This document shows, piece by piece, positions 21,625-31,879 of a stretch of DNA of 64,000 nt (within the stretch, counting starts at the first letter, position 1; each line of letters opens with the position of its first letter). A program made the translations under genes and the position numbers. The notes below the pieces were generated by a model. That model was not told where the DNA came from. It made no database searches and saw only the letters and a list, made by a program, of their open reading frames with translations. This DNA is from Candidatus Zhuqueibacterota bacterium (GTDB lineage Bacteria > Zhuqueibacterota > Zhuqueibacteria > Oceanimicrobiales > Oceanimicrobiaceae), in contig JAJDAG010000017.1 in the NCBI GenBank assembly GCA_029262005.1, positions 13,473 through 77,472 on the forward strand, written 5' to 3'.

Positions 21625-21975
21625 TTAGTTCTTGCTAAAGCGGTCTACCGCTGTTTGCTGCTCGTCAAGAATGTCGTACAGTGTTGGAAAGCCAAGCAAA
21701 TCAAAAACGCGATAAATTTTGGGTTTCATATTTGTTAGTTTAATGTCGCCACCATTTTTGCGCACATCTTCGATGAAGCCCATAAAAACTCCCAGCCCGG
21801 CACTACTGATGTAGGTCAGGTCTGTAAAGTTCACTACAATCTCATATGTTTTTTTGTCAACGAGTCGCTGAATTGCATTTTCTAAGTCGGGGGCTGTGTG
21901 AGCATCCAAATAGCCTTTTAGACATAAAATTGAAACGCCGCCGGTTTCACTCTGGCTTACTTCAAACCCTTCCAT
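21625..21975 (-). CDS. STAS-domain anti-sigma-factor antagonist (RsbV/SpoIIAA-like)
   Basis: 116 aa STAS fold with the phosphorylatable Ser in the DLTYISSAGLGVF context. Confidence 0.75.
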   Translation of the reverse strand: MEGFEVSQSETGGVSILCLKGYLDAHTAPDLENAIQRLVDKKTYEIVVNFTDLTYISSAGLGVFMGFIEDVRKNGGDIKLTNMKPKIYRVFDLLGFPTLYDILDEQQTAVDRFSKN

Positions 21976-22072
21976 GACTCCTCCTAATTCATTGGTTTGT
22001 TAATACATTTTTTCACACACAACGGCCGTTTCTACCAAGTACGGTACGTCTCATATACCGAAAGGATTCACA

Positions 22073-23452
22073 TTATTGGCATGTGTTGAGTATGCCCACC
22101 GCAATAACGGCCGGAATTTTTTGAACGGTTCTTACTTCACTGCCATCAGATAAAATCTTGACAACCCGGTTATTTTCAGTATCGGCAATCAGAGAGCTAC
22201 CATCAAAACAGTTTACGGCCAAATCCTCAGGATTTGCAAAACCATCTATCTGAAAAAGTTTTGTCCCGCCTGAATCGAGCTTTATAATGCTTGAAGGATT
22301 CCAATTAGCCACCCAGACTGAGCCGTCCCGGTTGTCGACAACAAGTTTGTGCGGTTCTGTGAAGACATTCTCAACCCGGAAGAGAAAATCTCCAGATGCC
22401 GCCAATTTTTGCACGCCGGATGCGTCGGAGATCCAAAGATTGCCATCGCTTGAATCAACAGCAACCGAGCGAATTTGCTGAAAATCGACAGTCGAGACAT
22501 GTCGACTCGTTCCATCCCGGCTCAACTTTATCACAACATCTGCGCCGCTATCACCGACCCAACACGCCCCGGAACTTTGATCCACAGCAGCAGCAATGGG
22601 CCGGACAAAGCCCTGCGCTGTAAATAGTTCCTGACCTTCCAGATTATATTTGACAACAAGGCTGTCGTTCCTGTCAACCACCCAAACGTCCCCTGTGGTT
22701 TCGTCTATGGCAAGTGCCCGTGGGCTGCGAAGCTCAATAATGGGACTCAACGTCTTACCGTTTGAATCCATTCTGATTACACTGCCAATGTTCTGGCTGA
22801 AAAGATCAATAATCCAGACATTTCCTGTCTTTTTGCAGGGCTCAACATCTACAACGGCCAGAAATCCAACTGTCTGTTTCAGTACATGACGGGTATCATG
22901 GGTTAGTTTTGTCAGCACGCCAGCATGGTTGTTTGCTACAAATGAAAAAGTCGGGCCCGGTTCAGCAATGATTGTTTTTGAAGGGGCACTTTCAAAATCT
23001 CTGCCAAACGCCGTTATTTGGTAATTGTATTCAACACCAAAATTAACCGAATTATCAACATACCCAGTTGCACCTGGATTCAGAACAGCGTACTTTTCAA
23101 ATTCATCTGCAGGCGCTTTCTTGCGATATACTCGGATGCCGGTCAAGTCATCTACTCTTACCCTATCCCACGAAAGTGTTACAGTATCGCGAATCGCGGT
23201 CAGTTGTAATCCAGTTGGCCTGCCATGAGTTATCGGGTTCTCAGGGTCAACAGGATTGCTTCGATTTCGGTCAGTACAGCCGTTATATAGCGGCACAACA
23301 ACCGTGACACACAAAATTATAAAAGTATGAACATTTAAAAAAGATACAGCCTTTTTCCATCCAAACAGGTCTTTTCTCCCAAAAGTATGACCGGCGGCTG
23401 TTATGATTGCGCATGAAATTGCAGGCCACAAACGGGAACCATCTGCCTCCAT
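22073..23452 (-). CDS. Putative lipoprotein with a fibronectin-III-like domain and a 6-7-bladed beta-propeller
   Basis: Lipobox-like VVVPLYNGC near the N-terminus (the true start is probably downstream of the annotated ATG). FN3-like block GIRVYRKKAPADEFEKYAVLNPGATGYVD...YNYQITAF. Repeated xWVxD blades (VWIID, VWVVD, CWVGD, LWISD, VWVAN). Confidence 0.5.
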   Translation of the reverse strand: MEADGSRLWPAISCAIITAAGHTFGRKDLFGWKKAVSFLNVHTFIILCVTVVVPLYNGCTDRNRSNPVDPENPITHGRPTGLQLTAIRDTVTLSWDRVRVDDLTGIRVYRKKAPADEFEKYAVLNPGATGYVDNSVNFGVEYNYQITAFGRDFESAPSKTIIAEPGPTFSFVANNHAGVLTKLTHDTRHVLKQTVGFLAVVDVEPCKKTGNVWIIDLFSQNIGSVIRMDSNGKTLSPIIELRSPRALAIDETTGDVWVVDRNDSLVVKYNLEGQELFTAQGFVRPIAAAVDQSSGACWVGDSGADVVIKLSRDGTSRHVSTVDFQQIRSVAVDSSDGNLWISDASGVQKLAASGDFLFRVENVFTEPHKLVVDNRDGSVWVANWNPSSIIKLDSGGTKLFQIDGFANPEDLAVNCFDGSSLIADTENNRVVKILSDGSEVRTVQKIPAVIAVGILNTCQ

Positions 23453-23552
23453 AAATTATCTACAATCTCCTATCCGGCAAAATGCAATTTCACAAGTGTG
23501 TCGCATTATAATATTAATCGGGAATACCATCTTCCGGTGGGCATCAATAATC

Positions 23553-25556
23553 TTACTTGAAGAAGCGATCTACAAAACGGTGCCGTGCACGTGCCGTCCT
23601 TAAATCAGAAATAAGTTCAGGGCTCAGACTCTCTGCGCGCTCACGTTTGCCCTTCTTTTGTTTCGCTTGAACATAAAGGATGCGATTGTCGATTGCAACC
23701 GAAACTCTATCTGCGATGATCTCCAGGGTGTGCATTACTTCCTCTCCGGGCAACCGGTTATTTGCTGGATCATCAGCGAGCAACATGCCAATAATTTTAT
23801 CTTCCCGTGATTTTATTGGCACCAGAAGCATGCCCCAGTTTGGCCAATGCCCATTAACTGTCGCATCTATTGGATGTCCGTGGTAGATGGTTTTGATGGG
23901 CCGAATAACATCTTCCTCATTTACCACAAAGTATGATTTGCCGCACTTGTATTCATCTCTTAACAATTGAGTTAAGTCACTCAGTGGCAATTGGAAATTG
24001 AGCATGTGTTGGGATTTGATCTTGTCATCACAGGCCGCTGCTTTGATTTCCAGTTTTCCGGAACGTTTACTGATCAAGCCCAGTGCCACCAACCTGAATT
24101 CAGTCGAAAATTTCACAGACCACACAATTTCCTTTAGAATTTCTTTTAGACTCAAATGCAGTTTAAAAATATTGCTGGTAACCAATGCCTGTTTAAAGCG
24201 ACGAGTGCGGCGTTCCTGCGAGGAAAATTGGTGATAATTTTCAATAGCAAATGAAACAAGCTGCCCGATCAATTCCAGGTTGTGAAAGGTGTCACGCGTT
24301 GGAATAAAACCCCCTTCCGGGCGATCTAAAGAGATGTACCCAAACGTACACCCTTCTTTGTTGCGCAGGTTTATGAGCACAAGATCGCGCATATGCCACT
24401 GGTGCAGTGGGCGCCGCCGCTGCGTGCGTCTTTCCGGAAATTTGGAGTTAAGTGACCCGAGAACATCCCGATGGTTCTGATTATAATAAATGACTTTGAC
24501 GCGATAACGGTTGGCAAATGCTCGCTGTATAACTTCCTCAGGCACTTCAATGCCCCTGATATCCGAGTTAGGAAAAGACTTGTAGCCAACCATTGCTTGC
24601 TTTACAAAGATTTTTTTTCTTGGCTCAAGCAACGCAAGTGTTGCTCGCTGAAACCGAAATGTCTGGCTGATTAGCTCCGTTATTTTATCGAGAAAAACGT
24701 TTACAGGCTCATTATAACAACTTGTAATTAATTGAGAGAAGCTGACAGTCATTACAAGTTGATCGATGGGGCCAACAGTCGTTTCTGCTGGATGGAGGTT
24801 ACCTGCAGGCACGCCAATCCTGCCACGAAAGCTCTGGACATTTTGAAATTCATCACGAATGGGCGTAAAAACAATATCAAGTTGGATATGCTCGCCGTTC
24901 TTATTTATAACTTCCGCCTGGTACGGCTTTTTTGCCTCTCCATTCAGAGAGACCCGGTTGAGCCAATCATGAAATGCAGCCGCACTGCCTTCAGGCAGCA
25001 AATCGGAAAAAGTAAGCTGAAGTAGTTCTTCCTCAGAAAAAGCCGTGAATTGCTGAATGCGTTTGCAGGCTGAAAGAATGCGCCCTCTTTTGTCAAGTAT
25101 GAAATACCCGCCACTTTCACCTGAGGACAAATTCGCATTTGGGCTGCTGCTGGTTACGACTTCAGCAGGCTGCTGCTCAATATTTTTTTCAAGAATATTC
25201 CGGATTGTAAATGGCAAAGCAGTCAGATAACCACGAACCTTTAGAATATAGTCGTGTGCACCTTTTTCAAGCGCTTTAATAGCCTTGACTTCGTCACCTT
25301 CATCAATAAGAATAATAAGCGGGCACTCGACACCGGCTGCTTTTAATGCGTCAATTACGCCGAGACCGGTTTGATCGCCCAAATAGTAGTCAAACAAAAC
25401 CAACTGATATTCCTTTGAAGAGGCCTTTTCAACGCACTCTTTGCCAGAATATGCAAAATCAACTTCACATTTCTCATTGTGAAATTTCAACATCTTCTTT
25501 GAAATTTCCAGATAAGAACTACTTGTACCTGCAATTAAGAAGGCCATGTTAGTCAT
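23553..25556 (-). CDS. Response-regulator receiver with PAS and GAF domains and no recognisable output domain
   Basis: REC domain (QLVLFDYYLGDQTGLGVIDALK...PLIILIDEGDE), a PAS-like segment and two GAF-like segments. Probably feeds the adjacent partner-switching module. Confidence 0.6.
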   Translation of the reverse strand: MTNMAFLIAGTSSSYLEISKKMLKFHNEKCEVDFAYSGKECVEKASSKEYQLVLFDYYLGDQTGLGVIDALKAAGVECPLIILIDEGDEVKAIKALEKGAHDYILKVRGYLTALPFTIRNILEKNIEQQPAEVVTSSSPNANLSSGESGGYFILDKRGRILSACKRIQQFTAFSEEELLQLTFSDLLPEGSAAAFHDWLNRVSLNGEAKKPYQAEVINKNGEHIQLDIVFTPIRDEFQNVQSFRGRIGVPAGNLHPAETTVGPIDQLVMTVSFSQLITSCYNEPVNVFLDKITELISQTFRFQRATLALLEPRKKIFVKQAMVGYKSFPNSDIRGIEVPEEVIQRAFANRYRVKVIYYNQNHRDVLGSLNSKFPERRTQRRRPLHQWHMRDLVLINLRNKEGCTFGYISLDRPEGGFIPTRDTFHNLELIGQLVSFAIENYHQFSSQERRTRRFKQALVTSNIFKLHLSLKEILKEIVWSVKFSTEFRLVALGLISKRSGKLEIKAAACDDKIKSQHMLNFQLPLSDLTQLLRDEYKCGKSYFVVNEEDVIRPIKTIYHGHPIDATVNGHWPNWGMLLVPIKSREDKIIGMLLADDPANNRLPGEEVMHTLEIIADRVSVAIDNRILYVQAKQKKGKRERAESLSPELISDLRTARARHRFVDRFFK

Positions 25557-25753
25557 TAACGCGGCTCCAGAGTCTTAGTGTTATTAAGGAAGGCTGATTG
25601 CGATGAATGCAATGTGACAAAAATAAAAATAAAAATCAAGCCAATTAACGACGCCTGGGGAATAATCGGGAAGTGCTGCTGAGTCACCTCTGTCCCCGCA
25701 GAAATATGCACAGGAGCGCATATTCCCGCCAGGGAAAACAGATGAACTATCTC

Positions 25754-27037
25754 TTACAATCTGGCCACATACTCTTTTGCTTCTTCAACAAACTCGCTTG
25801 TGGGGTGGTCCTGCATCAAACGAACAAATGACTCACGTGCACGATCACCGGAACCTATTTTCAGGTAAGCTTTTCCAAGCAGAAGGAGCGCATCGTCTTT
25901 CTTTAAAGAGCGATTGAAACCAAGCACTTTGTAGAACTCGTCAATTGCCTCCTGATAGCGATTCATTGCATAGAGACTTTGTCCAATCCAGTATTGGCAG
26001 TTACTTACCAATGCATGATTCGAATATTGCTGGAGAAGCAACCTGAAAAGAGAGACACCTTCTGAATATTCTTTGTTATAATAGTTAACCAATGCTTGCT
26101 CATAAATCTGAGAAAACCCAGACATTGCTGTATTTTTTTTGAGGTTTTTCTTCCGGCTCCTGGAGGCTTTGTTCTTCATGGTGGATAGCATTTTTTTGCG
26201 CTCAATTAGCCGACGTTTCAATTCATCAATTTCCTGATCCTGCTCAACATTGGTGTTGGAAAGTCGATCAACTTTAGATTTAAGTTTGACATATTCCTGC
26301 ATATCGTTGGTTTCGTTGCCGCTGCTGTAACCACCCTGGTTGTTTTGAGCAGTCTGGTCGAAGTACTGTGACTCGCCCTCTACTTCTGTAAAAGGCGCTC
26401 TTTCCGCAGCAATCACATCTGGACCGAATTCTTCCTGGCCGCCACCAAGTGTGTAAACCACGCCTGAGCTAACATCGAAATAGCCGTCTTTAGCAGTGCC
26501 GAGATTAGAGTTACCATCAAGAGCATCAGTATCGACGAAACGGTAGTCAGTGCCAAGAAACAGGTTAAATTTCGGGCTCAGATGCAATCTGAATCCACCA
26601 CCACCAAAGATAGCCCGAACCGAAGTTCTGCCTGAACCGCTATCAAAATTCAACAAGCCTGCCCCGACAGTCACATATGGCCGGAATAGACCTTTGGAAA
26701 TTATTTCCAGATTTCCTTTCAAATCAAAGTTTAACATGTTGGTTGTTGTGCTTGGCTTATTATACTTGAGTTGACTATAACCAAAACCCAAAGTTATATC
26801 GGCAAAAGGGAGCAGCTTGTAACTCACCAGGCCACCGGCACCCACACCAATGCCTTCCTGCTTAAAATCACCGTAAATTTTACGCGCACCAACATCCAGC
26901 CCAATACCAAATTTTCCTTCACCTGGCTGTGGCATGGCGCTTGCCGAAATGACCGTGGCCGCGGTAACAGCCAGTAAAACTAGTACTCTATTCATATCTC
27001 TACTCCTTACTACTAAACCTACTTTTAAGTATGTCAA
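25754..27037 (-). CDS. Outer-membrane beta-barrel domain fused to a coiled coil and a C-terminal TPR domain (YbgF/CpoB-like tail)
   Basis: Signal peptide MNRVLVLLAVTAATVISASA. About 170 aa of alternating-hydrophobic beta-strands (OmpA-like barrel). Charged coiled coil (VDRLSNTNVEQDQEIDELKRRLIERKK). C-terminal TPRs (YYNKEYSEGVSLFRLLLQQY...YWIGQSLYAMNRYQEAIDEF). Confidence 0.55.
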   Translation of the reverse strand: MTYLKVGLVVRSRDMNRVLVLLAVTAATVISASAMPQPGEGKFGIGLDVGARKIYGDFKQEGIGVGAGGLVSYKLLPFADITLGFGYSQLKYNKPSTTTNMLNFDLKGNLEIISKGLFRPYVTVGAGLLNFDSGSGRTSVRAIFGGGGFRLHLSPKFNLFLGTDYRFVDTDALDGNSNLGTAKDGYFDVSSGVVYTLGGGQEEFGPDVIAAERAPFTEVEGESQYFDQTAQNNQGGYSSGNETNDMQEYVKLKSKVDRLSNTNVEQDQEIDELKRRLIERKKMLSTMKNKASRSRKKNLKKNTAMSGFSQIYEQALVNYYNKEYSEGVSLFRLLLQQYSNHALVSNCQYWIGQSLYAMNRYQEAIDEFYKVLGFNRSLKKDDALLLLGKAYLKIGSGDRARESFVRLMQDHPTSEFVEEAKEYVARL

Positions 27038-27092
27038 AACAACTTTTACTTTACTGTATTCAAAATGTGTTTAAGCCTGCCGGCGCGGCCAA

Positions 27093-27617
27093 CTAATCGG
27101 AATCCAAATAAACTTTCAGTTCATCCGGTATTATTTCTTCAATTGTCACCTGGCTTTCCGCATGCATATTGTAGGCTTGCACAAGTTCTTTTAACCTTGA
27201 GGCACAGCTGCGCAATTTAAGGTTGTCATCTGCCGAAGTGACAAGACGGCGAATTTCTATCAGCGTGTTACCGATTTTCTCAAAATAGTAATTTGACAGC
27301 GACTGGTCAATTAAATTCTTTACCGAATCCTTGACAACTGTCTCTTTCTTTTTTAGGGTATTCAGAGTATTTTTCAAATGAAACTGGTTGAGTTCCTTCA
27401 CCAGGTTGCTGTCAATGCCGACGTAATTGAGCATTGCCGGGTGTTTTTTGTAGTACTCTGTTTTTACAGCAATGTTGGTGAGAAGGTACTGCTCCACCAC
27501 AACTCGTTCCCCGAAGGAGAGTATCCTGTGCGAGAAATAGTGGATGGAATTTGCTTCTTCTTTGTATGAAACCTGAATCATCAGGTCTGAAGAGGAGAAA
27601 TAGAGCAATTCTTTCAT
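27093..27617 (-). CDS. Hypothetical protein (174 aa, no recognised domain)
   Basis: Clean ORF between the OMP-TPR gene and lon with a codon bias like its neighbours. No motif recognised. Confidence 0.4.
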   Translation of the reverse strand: MKELLYFSSSDLMIQVSYKEEANSIHYFSHRILSFGERVVVEQYLLTNIAVKTEYYKKHPAMLNYVGIDSNLVKELNQFHLKNTLNTLKKKETVVKDSVKNLIDQSLSNYYFEKIGNTLIEIRRLVTSADDNLKLRSCASRLKELVQAYNMHAESQVTIEEIIPDELKVYLDSD

Positions 27618-27828
27618 GCAAGCGTTCCCGGGCGGTTACAGACCTTTAAATACTATCAACCTTATGTTGCAGCGCTTTATTCAAAGACTGTGCCAATATC
27701 CCGCAATCACTTGCAAATATGTAAGTGGTTGTTTTTATTGCGTAATCCCCCAAAGCCAGAATTTTATTTTCAGGTGTTATGTAGATACACCTGTATTTAT
27801 TTGATGCAAATCAGTTTCACTGAGACAA

Positions 27829-30321
27829 TTATGATTCAACTTCCTGCAAAGCCAATCTTACCACATCATCAACATCTTTAATGAAGTTAACCTCCATATC
27901 GTTGACAATTGTATCAGGTACGTCCTCATAATCAGCGCGATTTTTCTCGGGTAGCAATACTCGTCTTATGCCGGCACGATGAGCGGCCAAAACTTTTTCC
28001 TTGATACCGCCAACCGGTAAAACCAAACCTCTTAATGTGATCTCCCCCGTCATCGCCAGATCATTTCGAACAAGCTTGCCGGTCAGCAAAGAAACAAGGG
28101 CTGTAAACAAAGTAACGCCGGCCGATGGCCCATCTTTTGGAATTGCTCCGGCTGGGACATGGATATGAATATCGGTTTTTGGAAAGATTTCATCGGAAAT
28201 ATTCAACGTAGCTGCCTTCGACCGAATGTAGCTCAAGGCAGCTTTGGCAGATTCTTTCATAATATCTCCCAAAGAGCCGGTTAAAATAAGTTCGCCCGTA
28301 CCAGGCATTTTTGTGGCTTCGACAAATAGAATGTCGCCACCCGCAGCGGTCCACGCCAACCCGGTAGCAACGCCGGAACGTGAAGTCCGCTCTGCGACTT
28401 CAGAAATGAATTTTTGAGCGCCCAGGTAGTCGGAAATCCTGGCAGTCGTGAGCTGGGTTCCACCCTTCTTGCCTTCAACAATTTCACGCGCTACACCGCG
28501 GCAAATTGAGGCTATCTCCCGCTCCAGGTTTCGTACGCCGGCTTCTTTTGTGTACGATTGGATAATCTCTGTAATGGCATCATTTTTGAAATCAATTTGG
28601 TCTTCGCTTAATCCGTGTTCTTTAAGCTGTTTCGGGATTAGATACCGAGTCGCAATGTGAAGTTTTTCATGTTCTGTGTACCCTGGAAGTTCAATAATTT
28701 CCATTCGATCTCTTAGAGCTGGAATGATCGGATCGGCCAGATTGGCCGTTGCGATAAACATAACGCTCGACAGGTCGAAAGGCACTTCAAGGTAGTGATC
28801 TGAAAAGTCAAAGTTCTGCTCCGGATCCAACACTTCGAGGAGAGCAGAAGACGGATCGCCACGAAAGTCCTGACCAATTTTGTCAATTTCATCCAACATG
28901 AATACCGGATTATTCGAACCGACTTTTTTCACGCCTTGAATAATCCTTCCGGGCAAGGCGCCAATATAGGTTCTGCGATGACCGCGAACTTCTGCTTCGT
29001 CACGCACACCGCCGAGAGACATTCTGGCAAATTTACGGCCAAGCGCCCGGGCAATCGATTTTCCCAATGATGTTTTTCCTACTCCCGGAGGGCCAACGAA
29101 ACAAAGAATAGGACCTTTCATGTCCGATTTGAGTTTGCGCACGGCCAAATACTCTAACATGCGTTTTTTGACCTTTTCAAGATCATAGTGGTCTTCATCG
29201 AGAATTTTGCTGGCCGCCTCGACGTCGAGGCTATCGACTGTGGCTTTGGCCCAGGGCAACTCAACCAGCCAGTCAATATAAGTTCTGGACACAGTGTATT
29301 CCGCCGCTGCCGGTGGCATCTTTGCCAAACGGTCGAGTTCCTTTAAAGCGACCTTGTTTGCCTCATCAGGCATCTTTGCCGCCTTAATCTTTTTTCGCAG
29401 CTCGTTGATTTCCACCGCATGCTCATCTTCGGCTTCGCCAAGTTCTTTCCTAATCGCTTTTAATTGTTCTCGGAGGTAGTATTCTCGTTGCGTTTTATTT
29501 ATTTCTCCCTGAACTTCCAATTGAATTTTGCTGCCCAGCTCAAGAATTTGCAGCTCTCGCGTCAGGATATAATTAAGCCGTTCCAACCGGTTCTTAACAT
29601 CAGCAAATTCCAGAATAGATTGCTTGTCAGAAGTGGCAACATTAAGGTTCCATATGATAATGTCAGCCAGCCGCGCTGGCGACTCTGTATTCTGAACAAG
29701 CATCACATGCTCAGGGGTTAAATAAGGAGCAAGTCCAACAATTTTCTCAAATAGCGTCCGGACGTTACCTACCAGTGCATCAATATCCACAGTGTCTGCG
29801 GTGACTTCTTCTTGCGTCTGCACAAGACCTTTGAAGAATGGTTGCGACTGCGTATAGTCAATTATTTTGGCCCGCCCAATGCCCTGGACCATCACACTCT
29901 GGGTACCATCCGGCATTTTGAAGACCTTCATAATTGAGGCGATGGTACCATCCTTATATAAGTCTTCGGGTTCAGGATCCTCAACCTTGCCATCTTTTTG
30001 AGCGACGAGGGTCAGCAGCTTGGTATCAGCCAGGGCATCCTCAATGAGTTTGATGGATCGTTCTCTGCCAACAGAAATCGGTATAATCTGCTGTGGAAAT
30101 ACCACGGTGTTTCTAAGGGGGAGAATTGGTAAAACCTGGGGGATATTAAAATCGACGGAGTGGTTGTCTTTTATTTCCTCCACCCCCCCTGTTACTTCAG
30201 GGGTGCCGTCTGTGAGTTCAGATAATGCGAAGCGTTCGATCTTCATGAAATAAACCTGCTTGGTTAATGACAAAAAGGCAGTCTTTTTGAATTTCTGGTA
30301 ATTTAGCAAGTTTTGTTCCAA
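27829..30321 (-). CDS. lon: ATP-dependent Lon protease (endopeptidase La). The likely true start is the MKIERF Met near 30246.
   Basis: LON N-domain ([26 protein letters not shown]), AAA+ Walker [16 protein letters not shown], Walker B FMLDEIDK, protease Ser-Lys dyad ([19 protein letters not shown]...K). Confidence 0.9.
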   Translation of the reverse strand: MEQNLLNYQKFKKTAFLSLTKQVYFMKIERFALSELTDGTPEVTGGVEEIKDNHSVDFNIPQVLPILPLRNTVVFPQQIIPISVGRERSIKLIEDALADTKLLTLVAQKDGKVEDPEPEDLYKDGTIASIMKVFKMPDGTQSVMVQGIGRAKIIDYTQSQPFFKGLVQTQEEVTADTVDIDALVGNVRTLFEKIVGLAPYLTPEHVMLVQNTESPARLADIIIWNLNVATSDKQSILEFADVKNRLERLNYILTRELQILELGSKIQLEVQGEINKTQREYYLREQLKAIRKELGEAEDEHAVEINELRKKIKAAKMPDEANKVALKELDRLAKMPPAAAEYTVSRTYIDWLVELPWAKATVDSLDVEAASKILDEDHYDLEKVKKRMLEYLAVRKLKSDMKGPILCFVGPPGVGKTSLGKSIARALGRKFARMSLGGVRDEAEVRGHRRTYIGALPGRIIQGVKKVGSNNPVFMLDEIDKIGQDFRGDPSSALLEVLDPEQNFDFSDHYLEVPFDLSSVMFIATANLADPIIPALRDRMEIIELPGYTEHEKLHIATRYLIPKQLKEHGLSEDQIDFKNDAITEIIQSYTKEAGVRNLEREIASICRGVAREIVEGKKGGTQLTTARISDYLGAQKFISEVAERTSRSGVATGLAWTAAGGDILFVEATKMPGTGELILTGSLGDIMKESAKAALSYIRSKAATLNISDEIFPKTDIHIHVPAGAIPKDGPSAGVTLFTALVSLLTGKLVRNDLAMTGEITLRGLVLPVGGIKEKVLAAHRAGIRRVLLPEKNRADYEDVPDTIVNDMEVNFIKDVDDVVRLALQEVES

Positions 30322-30447
30322 AGTAAAACAGGCATTAATTATTAAATACTTAGAGTGTGATAATGCAATAGTAAGTAATCACGCAAATCACTTTTGAATG
30401 ACAAAAACTTGTCAAGATGAGGAGGTTGCTGAAATATTGGCACTGTT

Positions 30448-31326
30448 CTAGTGTGCGCCTCCCGAAAGGACATCGCCCAGCATTGAGGCGCAGGCCACGA
30501 GCATGCTCTGGTCATCTTCGTGAAAAACATCTGCCAGGTCGCTGTCGATGTCAATTTCTCCAATAATGGTATTACCAGTAAAGATTGGTACGACTATCTC
30601 GGATTTAGTTTCAATGCTGCAGGCAAGGTAGCGTGGGTCTGCCTTAACGTCAGGAATGAGAATGGATTTGCCCTCGGTAACGGCTGCACCACAAATACCC
30701 GTTCCTAACGGAATTCGTGCATGCGGGGTAGGACGACCCAGGAAATTATGCAGCACCAGCTCGTTTTCCTCAAGAAGGTAAATTCCGACCCAGGTGTATT
30801 TGGGCTGCCTTGCCTTTAGTAATTGCACAACCTGCCGCAGACAGGTGTCCACAGTTTTGGCGCTGGTTGCGCACTGCCCTATTTGTTTTACCGTACCCTG
30901 ACCGACAAGGTACTCTATTCCGCGCAAATACCCGATGGCCCCCATACCGATATAACGCTTGCAGCAAACCGTTTCAACAACCGAAATGTGCCGAAACGGC
31001 TCCCTTTCCAAGACATTTGAAAGATGAACTTCTACGGTTGGCAATTGAATGGCCGAAAGTGCATCACGCAGAGAATAACTGTAGTGCGTTAAAGCTGCCG
31101 GATTTATGACAATACCATTTGCCCAATTGCGGTTCTCATGCAAAAAATCGAGGATTTCACCTTCATGATTTGACTGAAAGCACTTCAGTTCAACTTTTAG
31201 TTCCTTTGCACAATGTTTGATTTTTTCATTAAGTTGATCCAGAGTCATGCTACCGTAGATCTCTGTCTCTCTTTCACCCAAAAGATTCATATTTGGGCCA
31301 TGAACAATGAGGTACTTTTCAATCAA
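30448..31326 (-). CDS. aroQ: 3-dehydroquinate dehydratase type II (AroQ, residues 1-145) fused in-frame to a GAF domain resembling free methionine-(R)-sulfoxide reductase (fRMsr/YebR)
   Basis: N-terminal half is LIVHGPNMNLLGERETEIYG...FQSNHEGEILDFLH...VINPAALTHYSYSLRDAL...VEVHLSNVLEREPFRHISV. C-terminal half WVGIYLLEENELVLHNFLGRPTPHARIPLGTGICGAAVTEGKSILIPDVKADPRYLACSIETKSEIVVPI...IGEIDIDS matches the fRMsr GAF signature, including the GxCG active-site Cys. Confidence 0.8.
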   Translation of the reverse strand: MIEKYLIVHGPNMNLLGERETEIYGSMTLDQLNEKIKHCAKELKVELKCFQSNHEGEILDFLHENRNWANGIVINPAALTHYSYSLRDALSAIQLPTVEVHLSNVLEREPFRHISVVETVCCKRYIGMGAIGYLRGIEYLVGQGTVKQIGQCATSAKTVDTCLRQVVQLLKARQPKYTWVGIYLLEENELVLHNFLGRPTPHARIPLGTGICGAAVTEGKSILIPDVKADPRYLACSIETKSEIVVPIFTGNTIIGEIDIDSDLADVFHEDDQSMLVACASMLGDVLSGGAH

Positions 31327-31879
31327 GTTTCGTCAACTCCTTTAATACTTTTGTTACGACCGATTCAGGTGTTGCCCCAACCTGACAATTACATATTATA
31401 TCAGCTCGCTCATAAAAACTGCTGCGTGCACGGAAAAGTTTTTCCAGACACGCTCGCTGTTTATGCGTTGGTTTTGAGGTTACTAAAGGGCGTTTCGCAT
31501 CGTTAAAGATACGGTTAAGCAAAACTTCAATAGGCCAGCGGAGGTAAACCACAATTCCACAGGTTGAGACAATTTCCCTATTCCCGGCAGCAATGGTTGC
31601 CCCGCCGCCAAGTGCGATAATATGGTTATCGAATTTTGCGGTCTTTGATACAGCCGCCATTTCCAGTTTCCGAAAACCGGGCTCACCCTTTTGCTTAAAG
31701 ATTTGACCAATTGAGCAGCCTGCCTCCTGCTCAATGAACGTGTCAAGATCCAGAAAGTGCCAATCCATTTTTTGGGCAAGGAGTGGGCCAACAGTGGATT
31801 TACCGGCCCCCATGAAGCCAGTCAAATAAACAAGTGGTTTATTTGACTGACTGACGTTTCCAGGCATCATGGCGCTCAC
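31319..31879 (-). CDS. aroK: Shikimate kinase
   Basis: Walker A YLTGFMGAGKSTVG, LID/shikimate-binding region, 186 aa. 8-nt overlap with aroQ. The 5' end overlaps the aroC 3' end; the true start may be an internal Met. Confidence 0.8.
   Translation of the reverse strand: MSAMMPGNVSQSNKPLVYLTGFMGAGKSTVGPLLAQKMDWHFLDLDTFIEQEAGCSIGQIFKQKGEPGFRKLEMAAVSKTAKFDNHIIALGGGATIAAGNREIVSTCGIVVYLRWPIEVLLNRIFNDAKRPLVTSKPTHKQRACLEKLFRARSSFYERADIICNCQVGATPESVVTKVLKELTKLD

Noticed and set aside
25619-25636. (AAAAAT)x3 tandem repeat, considered as the start of a CRISPR array or a phase-variation tract
   Set aside because: Only three 6-nt units in an AT-rich intergenic region, with no spacer-repeat architecture. 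No CRISPR-like arrays were seen anywhere in the window.
27760-27800. CAGGTGT-N9-ACACCTG hairpin downstream of lon, considered as the lon terminator
   Set aside because: On the minus (coding) strand the stem is followed by an A-rich tract, not a U tract. Possibly a Rho-dependent or protein-binding site, but not supportable as an intrinsic terminator.
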